Source: Hyalangium minutum
GTDB taxonomy: Bacteria; Myxococcota; Myxococcia; Myxococcales; Myxococcaceae
Assembly (NCBI RefSeq): GCF_000737315.1
Contig: NZ_JMCB01000003.1
Coordinates: 930,001-994,000, forward strand
DNA length: 64,000 nt
Direction of reading: 5' to 3'
The notes under the pieces are model-generated. The model worked only from the letters and a program-made list of their open reading frames with translations. It searched no databases and had not been told where the DNA came from. The position numbers were made by a program, and so were the translations under genes. Positions 58,667-64,000 of this stretch are shown here, one piece after another. Position 1 is the stretch's first letter; every line of letters starts with the position of its first letter.

Positions 58667-60916
58667 TCAGGTGTAGCGCTTCTTCATCAGGAACAGGATC
58701 GCGTCCTTCGCGCAGTACTCACAGTACTTGTACTTGTCCGCCATCGTCTTCAGGGTGCTCTCCACCTGCGTCTGCTCGCGCGGCGTGAGCTGCCCCCGCT
58801 CCTCGGACAGGTACTTGAGGACGTTCTCCTTGTTCTTGCGCAGCACCCGCTTGCGCTCCTCGAAGTAGTGGTCGCGCAGGCGCTTGAACATGTCCGGGAA
58901 GATGCGCGCGAAGTCCATCTCCGCGTCCGGGTTGTCCAGCCGGTGCGCACCGATGGAGGAGATCAGCCCGCGGCGGTACTCGCCCGCATCCTCGCCCTTC
59001 GGCATGACGATGGACTCCAGCTCCGCCATGCGCTGCTCGTCCGGCCGCTCCATCTCGCCCGTCACCCGGTTGCGCAGCTTCTCCCCGCGCACCCAGTGGC
59101 TCACGTGCTGGATGTAGCGCTCCACCAGCTCGCGGTACTGGCCCTCGGAGACCAGGCCCATCGAGTCGCGCACCTCCGAGTCCACCAAGTCCAGGTACTG
59201 GCCCTCCACCTCGCGCACGAACTCCTCGTGGTCGTGGTAGCTGTCCACCACCTCCTGCTGGAGGAACTCGAAGACGCTCTTGTCCTGGCAGATCGCCTGC
59301 AGCTCCTCGAACACCGCCAGCGGGTGCAGGCACTTGTAGTCCGTGCTCTGCGCCGCGTTGAACAGCGCCGTCTTGATCTCCCGCGCGCTGGCCCCCGAGC
59401 GCCCCTCGTAGTTCGGGTAGGCGTCTGACTCCTCGTACAGGTCCGTGCGCAGCTTCTTCAGCTCCTTGGTGTTCGCCAGGCTCAGCCGCGCGGGCGCCCG
59501 CCCCTCCTCGTAGAGGTGCATCTTCTCCAGCGGGGTGACGTGATCCACCAGCTCCTTCACGTCCTGGGCGTAGCGCTCCGGAATCGGCTTCTTGAGCCGC
59601 GTGAGCACCGCCCACATGGCGGCCACCTCGGTGGCATGCGGCGCCACGTGCTTGCCCACCGACGTCAGGGTGATCTCCGCGTCGTATACCTCCTGCTCCA
59701 GCTTGTAGCGGCGCAGGTACGGCACCCGCACCAGCTCGATCCGGCCCTTGAACGAGGCGAAGTCCGGCAGCTCCTTGAACGCCCCCAGGTGCTTCTCGTT
59801 GGCCGAGGCGATCAGCACCTCGTCCAGTTGCAGCACGAAGGGCTCCAGGGGCACCTGTGCCGTCTCACTGAAGCCCAGCAGGTACTTGAAGGCCTCCAGC
59901 GGGCGCTTGAGCAGGTCCGCGTACTCGATGAGGCCGCGGTTGGCGTGCACCAGCGGGCCATGCGGCTCGTAGAGCACCACGCCGTGCAGGGCGGCCGGCA
60001 GGTTGAGCTGCGTGCGGTCGGCGGTGATCTGCTGCGCGATGGCGTCCACGCTCATCTGCGGCTCCACCGTCACCGTGCCCATCTGGTAGCGCCGGGAGAT
60101 GTAGAAGCGCTCGATCTGCACGTGGCGCAGCACCTTGAGGTAGTCACCCCCATACGAGGTCAGCAGCGCCGCGTAGATGCGCCGGCACTTGTGGCACAGC
60201 TCCCCGTCCCGGATGTAGTCCGAGAGGATGAAGTCCCCGGACTCACCGTCCCCTGTGCCCAGGCCCTTCTTCTTCAGCGCCGACTCCAGCATCTTGCGGC
60301 GCTCGGGAGGCGGGACGACGAAGAGCGGGTGGTCATTGAGCTCGCACGGCATCCGGACGTCGATGGCCTCCGCGTCCAGGTGCGCGTACGTCGTCACATC
60401 ATCGGTGGCCGCGGGCACGCGCTCGCCGAAGCCGATGGAGCCCTTGATGAGCTTCTCCGAGGGGAATATCCAACCCAGCCGGTACAGCGCGCCCTGCGGC
60501 TGGCGCGAGTAGTCCTCCATGCCCGCCTTGAGCGCGTTGACGAGCGTGGACTTGGCGCTGCCGTTGGGCCCGTGCAGGAGGATGAGCTTGTTGATGCGGC
60601 CGGCGCGCACGAAGTTGCCCAGCAGCCGGTAGATGGAGTTCTGGACTTCCTCCTGGCCGGCCACGCGCCCGTCGCGGTCGCTCGAGGGCACGTCGAAGAC
60701 CTTGAAGCGGCGGATGGTGCCGGTGGGGTGCGGCACCTGCTCGGTGCCGTAGTGGTCCATCACGTCGTGCAGGTACTGAGCGGCGTTGCGCGACTGGTGC
60801 CGCGGATCGTTGAAGAAGAGGGTGACGTACTCCTCGAAGGACAGGATGGACCTGTTCTTGACGAAGTCCGCGGACACCTGCCCTCCGATGTCCTGCAGGT
60901 AGCGCCTGGCTTCCAC
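58667..60916 (-). CDS. prkA: PrkA/YeaG-family serine protein kinase (AAA)
   Basis: LHGPNGSAKS Walker A, ANRGLIEYADLLK, SANE, RIELVRVPY, GASAREI. Confidence 0.85.
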   Translation of the reverse strand: MEARRYLQDIGGQVSADFVKNRSILSFEEYVTLFFNDPRHQSRNAAQYLHDVMDHYGTEQVPHPTGTIRRFKVFDVPSSDRDGRVAGQEEVQNSIYRLLGNFVRAGRINKLILLHGPNGSAKSTLVNALKAGMEDYSRQPQGALYRLGWIFPSEKLIKGSIGFGERVPAATDDVTTYAHLDAEAIDVRMPCELNDHPLFVVPPPERRKMLESALKKKGLGTGDGESGDFILSDYIRDGELCHKCRRIYAALLTSYGGDYLKVLRHVQIERFYISRRYQMGTVTVEPQMSVDAIAQQITADRTQLNLPAALHGVVLYEPHGPLVHANRGLIEYADLLKRPLEAFKYLLGFSETAQVPLEPFVLQLDEVLIASANEKHLGAFKELPDFASFKGRIELVRVPYLRRYKLEQEVYDAEITLTSVGKHVAPHATEVAAMWAVLTRLKKPIPERYAQDVKELVDHVTPLEKMHLYEEGRAPARLSLANTKELKKLRTDLYEESDAYPNYEGRSGASAREIKTALFNAAQSTDYKCLHPLAVFEELQAICQDKSVFEFLQQEVVDSYHDHEEFVREVEGQYLDLVDSEVRDSMGLVSEGQYRELVERYIQHVSHWVRGEKLRNRVTGEMERPDEQRMAELESIVMPKGEDAGEYRRGLISSIGAHRLDNPDAEMDFARIFPDMFKRLRDHYFEERKRVLRKNKENVLKYLSEERGQLTPREQTQVESTLKTMADKYKYCEYCAKDAILFLMKKRYT

Positions 60917-61005
60917 GTCGTCTCTCCTGTGTGCTTGAGTCGTGGCCTAACTAATGTCACCGAGCCGCCGCCGTCGCTCGGCAGAAGACAGCAACTTTCC
61001 CTTCG

Positions 61006-63747
61006 GTGCGACAGATGTCCAGGGCCCTTCTTGCACTTCTGTTGGTGGCCTTGCTCTCCGGGTGCCCGCCTGCCTCCTCGCCCCCCTGCGTCACGGACTC
61101 GGAGTGCCCCGAGGGCCGCTGCCGCTTCGGAGGGTGTGGGCCGATGTGTCTGGATGACACCGATTGCCCCTCTGGACAGGCGTGCGCGAATGGGGCCTGC
61201 GGGGCTCGCCCCGAGTGCGCCGCCGCCACGGACTGTGCGCAGGGCTTCAACTGCTCGGAGGGCCGGTGCCTGTGCGGCTCGGATGCGGCGTGTGCCGCCA
61301 ACCAGGTGTGCCGGCAGGGCCGGTGTGAGGACAGCCGCCGGTGCACGGGGGACTCGGACTGCCTGTCCGGCCAGCACTGCGAGGTGACCCAGGGCGCCTG
61401 TCTGCCCGCCTGTACCACGGCCGCAAGCTGCGCCCCGGGCGTGGATCCCCAGGTAGCCAGTGTGCTCTTCGCTTGTCAGGGTGGGGCCTGTCTGCGCCGG
61501 TGCATCAATGACGCCTCGTGCGGAGGACAGGGCCTCATCTGCGAGGCGGGCCTGTGTGCTCGGGCCGACTGCGCCACGCTCGCGGACTGCCCCTCGGGCC
61601 AGTACTGCACCAGCGCGACAGCGGGCCGCTGCCTGGAGTACCGCGCGTGCCAGTCCTCCGCCGAGTGCCCCGAGAACACGGACTGCCGCGCCTTCGCCTC
61701 GGGCAGTTGTCCGCCCGGCTTCGACTGCGCGCTGAAGATCTGCCAGGAGCTGCCGCGCTGTCTCATCGACACGGACTGCGCCGCACCGGCCTTCTGTCAG
61801 CAGGGATATTGCCAGCCCTCGACGGCCTGCCCCACGGGAGACCCGTGCCCCACCGGACAGCTCTGTGTGGCACAGCGGTGCGTGCCCGGCGGCTGTAGAG
61901 GCCACGCCGACTGTCCCTCGGGCCAGGCGTGCACGGACGGCGCGTGCCACCCTGCCCCGGCGGCCTCGGAGATCTCCACCCTGGCGCTCAGCCCTCGAGC
62001 GGCGGTGCTGGTGGTGGGAGGCTCGGTGAAGCTCTCGCTCGTGGCCTTCACCTTCTCTGGAGCGAGCTTCCCGTTCATCTCTGGGAGCTACACGGTGGTG
62101 GATGCCAGCGGAGCTCCAAGCAACGCGGCCACGGTGACGCCCTCGGGAGACGTGACAGCGGTGCAGGCTGGCACGGTGCGCATCCGCGCGGGTGTCACCC
62201 ATCCAGGCGTGACGCCCGTCGAGGCCACCCTCACGATCCTCCCCGCCCTCACCGAGGGCCGCCGAGTCACCGTGGTGGACGCGTCCACGGGCCTGCCGCT
62301 GAGCGGGGTGGAGGTGCTCGGCTGTGACGCGCCTCCCGCAGCCGCGCCCTGCCCTGCTCCCGTCACGGCGACGACCGACGCGAGCGGCACGGCCGCCTTC
62401 CCCTCCTCGACGGGCAGCACCGCGAGCTTCTCGGCAGCCTCGCCCGAACTCCGCGCGGACGGATACCCGCGCTACGACCGCGTGTCCGTGACGGCAACCC
62501 TCGCGAGGGACGTGCTGCTTCCGCTGGGAGAGAACCCGGTGCACGGTGCCGCGGGCTTCAACGCGGGTATCCAGTTCTCCGAGGTCCACTCCACCGGCCC
62601 GCTGTGGCTCGGCTTCTCCCTGCTCTCCGCCGGAGACGTGCCGGACCTGGATCTCACCACCCTGCTGGGAGAGACGTTCTTCATCACCGTGCCCGGCCTG
62701 CCCCCATCCGTGCCCGTGGCAGGGAGCACCGTGGCCTACGCCGCATCCGGCTTCGGAGCCCCCGTGGAGCTCAAAGGACGATCGCTGGGGCTCGGACAGC
62801 CGGGACGCCGGGCGGCGGTGGCCTTCGCCGGGCGGACGGAGCTGACCGTGGCTGCGAACCTCGGCTCCACGGATCTGCTGGCCTACACGGGGGCCATGGA
62901 CTACGCGCTCCAGGCCTTCACCTCCGTTCCCCTGCGGCCTCGCGTCGCGGACTCCACGGATGTGGACGGGGATGGACGCTGCTCGGACACCGCGCGCTGC
63001 CCGCTAGGCCCCGAGGACATCCCGGACTACTTCAGCCTGCCCGGCTTCTCCCACCGCCCCCGCCGGGAGCAACTCCGCCGCACCGAGGTGGTGCTTCCCC
63101 GCCTGCCCGCCGGGCTGGACACGGCGGTGACGAGCGCCGTGGAGATCTCCGCCGAGACCGGCCTCACCCCGCTGGGACTCTCCTCGCGCGCAGGAGGCGC
63201 CCCCGCGCCGGACGGCACCCGGCCACTGGATCCCGTCCTGCTTCGCAGTGGTGCCCCGTACGCAGGAGTGGAAATCGGCACACCCGGGGTCTGGGCGTTC
63301 GCCACCCGGATTGCCGAGGCCCGAGGCGACACCACAGGCCGGATTGTCCGGGGCTCGCCACTTCCCACCCGGGTGGTCATCCCACCCTTTCTCCCCGTGC
63401 CCGCCGGGGCGTACACCGTGTCGCAGCGCACCTTCACGCCCTCGGCGGCGCAGTGGACGGCCCTGGCTCAGGCGGGGGCCGAGCTGGCCCGGATCACCTT
63501 CACCGGAGCCCGGAGCCGGCACGTGGTCCTCCTGCCGCTCGTGCCAGGACAAGCCCCCCTCCGCCTGCCAGATGCCCCTCCGGGTGTCGGAGAAGACCCG
63601 GTGAGCCAGGAATCAGCGACAGGCGAGATAATGGCCATGGATCTTTCAGCCCCCACTACCCCCGAGGACCTGCTGGGCGTGGGGGGAGCCAACCTGCTGG
63701 GGCTGACGGTTCACCTGGATGCTTACTCGCGAGCCACTTCCTGGTGA
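61006..63747 (+). CDS. Large lipoprotein with 12 Cys-rich repeats, Ig-like and carboxypeptidase-regulatory-like domains
   Basis: Lipobox LSGC; 12 C-x5-C-x4..7-C-x4..6-C modules (two with insertions); paralogous to 38722..41331. Confidence 0.82.
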   Translation: MRQMSRALLALLLVALLSGCPPASSPPCVTDSECPEGRCRFGGCGPMCLDDTDCPSGQACANGACGARPECAAATDCAQGFNCSEGRCLCGSDAACAANQVCRQGRCEDSRRCTGDSDCLSGQHCEVTQGACLPACTTAASCAPGVDPQVASVLFACQGGACLRRCINDASCGGQGLICEAGLCARADCATLADCPSGQYCTSATAGRCLEYRACQSSAECPENTDCRAFASGSCPPGFDCALKICQELPRCLIDTDCAAPAFCQQGYCQPSTACPTGDPCPTGQLCVAQRCVPGGCRGHADCPSGQACTDGACHPAPAASEISTLALSPRAAVLVVGGSVKLSLVAFTFSGASFPFISGSYTVVDASGAPSNAATVTPSGDVTAVQAGTVRIRAGVTHPGVTPVEATLTILPALTEGRRVTVVDASTGLPLSGVEVLGCDAPPAAAPCPAPVTATTDASGTAAFPSSTGSTASFSAASPELRADGYPRYDRVSVTATLARDVLLPLGENPVHGAAGFNAGIQFSEVHSTGPLWLGFSLLSAGDVPDLDLTTLLGETFFITVPGLPPSVPVAGSTVAYAASGFGAPVELKGRSLGLGQPGRRAAVAFAGRTELTVAANLGSTDLLAYTGAMDYALQAFTSVPLRPRVADSTDVDGDGRCSDTARCPLGPEDIPDYFSLPGFSHRPRREQLRRTEVVLPRLPAGLDTAVTSAVEISAETGLTPLGLSSRAGGAPAPDGTRPLDPVLLRSGAPYAGVEIGTPGVWAFATRIAEARGDTTGRIVRGSPLPTRVVIPPFLPVPAGAYTVSQRTFTPSAAQWTALAQAGAELARITFTGARSRHVVLLPLVPGQAPLRLPDAPPGVGEDPVSQESATGEIMAMDLSAPTTPEDLLGVGGANLLGLTVHLDAYSRATSW

Positions 63748-63795
63748 AATAACGTTCTGGAGCCCTCGTTCTCCTACTCTGGGAGTCCACACGCG

Positions 63796-64000
63796 ATGCA
63801 AAAGAAGGAGCCCATCATCGGCATCGACCTCGGCACGACGAACTCGTGCGCGGCGTATGTCGACGACAGCGGGAACGTGAAGCTCGTGCCCTACAAGGGA
63901 GGCGACTACACCATCCCCTCCATCTTCGCGATTGATGACAAGGGCAATGAGCTCATCGGCTACGAGGCCAAGCGCCAGTGGCAGCTCAACCCGCGCAACA
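63796..64000 (+). CDS. Hsp70/DnaK-family protein, N-terminus (3' truncated; absent from ORF track)
   Basis: MQKKEPIIGIDLGTTNSC...IPSIFA...IGYEAKRQ...NPRN. Confidence 0.92.
   Translation, partial: MQKKEPIIGIDLGTTNSCAAYVDDSGNVKLVPYKGGDYTIPSIFAIDDKGNELIGYEAKRQWQLNPRN

Overview
GC-rich myxobacterial chromosome segment (Cystobacterineae/Archangiaceae-like). Gene order recalls the Myxococcus xanthus lonD(bsgA)...pfk-pkn4...mutL...accA...nla6-nla6S region; that comparison is from memory, not a search. The conserved backbone includes lon, pfk, a Pkn4-like kinase, an FHA-GAF-sigma54 activator, mutL, a cold-shock gene, an FHA-GGDEF cyclase, slt, cmk, accA, a tandem ArsA/GET3 ATPase, Nla6/Nla6S, dCMP deaminase, msrA, prkA and the start of an Hsp70. 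Accessory patches lie at about 0.3-5.5 kb, 10-19 kb, 28.7-29.7 kb and 54-57.7 kb. No rRNA, tRNA, CRISPR array or transposase was recognised. The most unusual items are: (1) a fused EutB-EutC ethanolamine ammonia-lyase with an intact active site and a twin-arginine lipoprotein-type signal peptide, implying an exported B12 radical enzyme; (2) a 152-aa protein that is about 48% methionine, downstream of a degenerate cNMP-binding protein; (3) a Fur-boxed heme-oxygenase homolog lacking the heme-ligating His; (4) an HEXXH peptidase / 43-aa ORF / XRE-cupin regulator module with a dense operator array; (5) an intact AHH lipoprotein toxin-immunity-kinase cassette, plus a collapsed toxin remnant that keeps its immunity gene.
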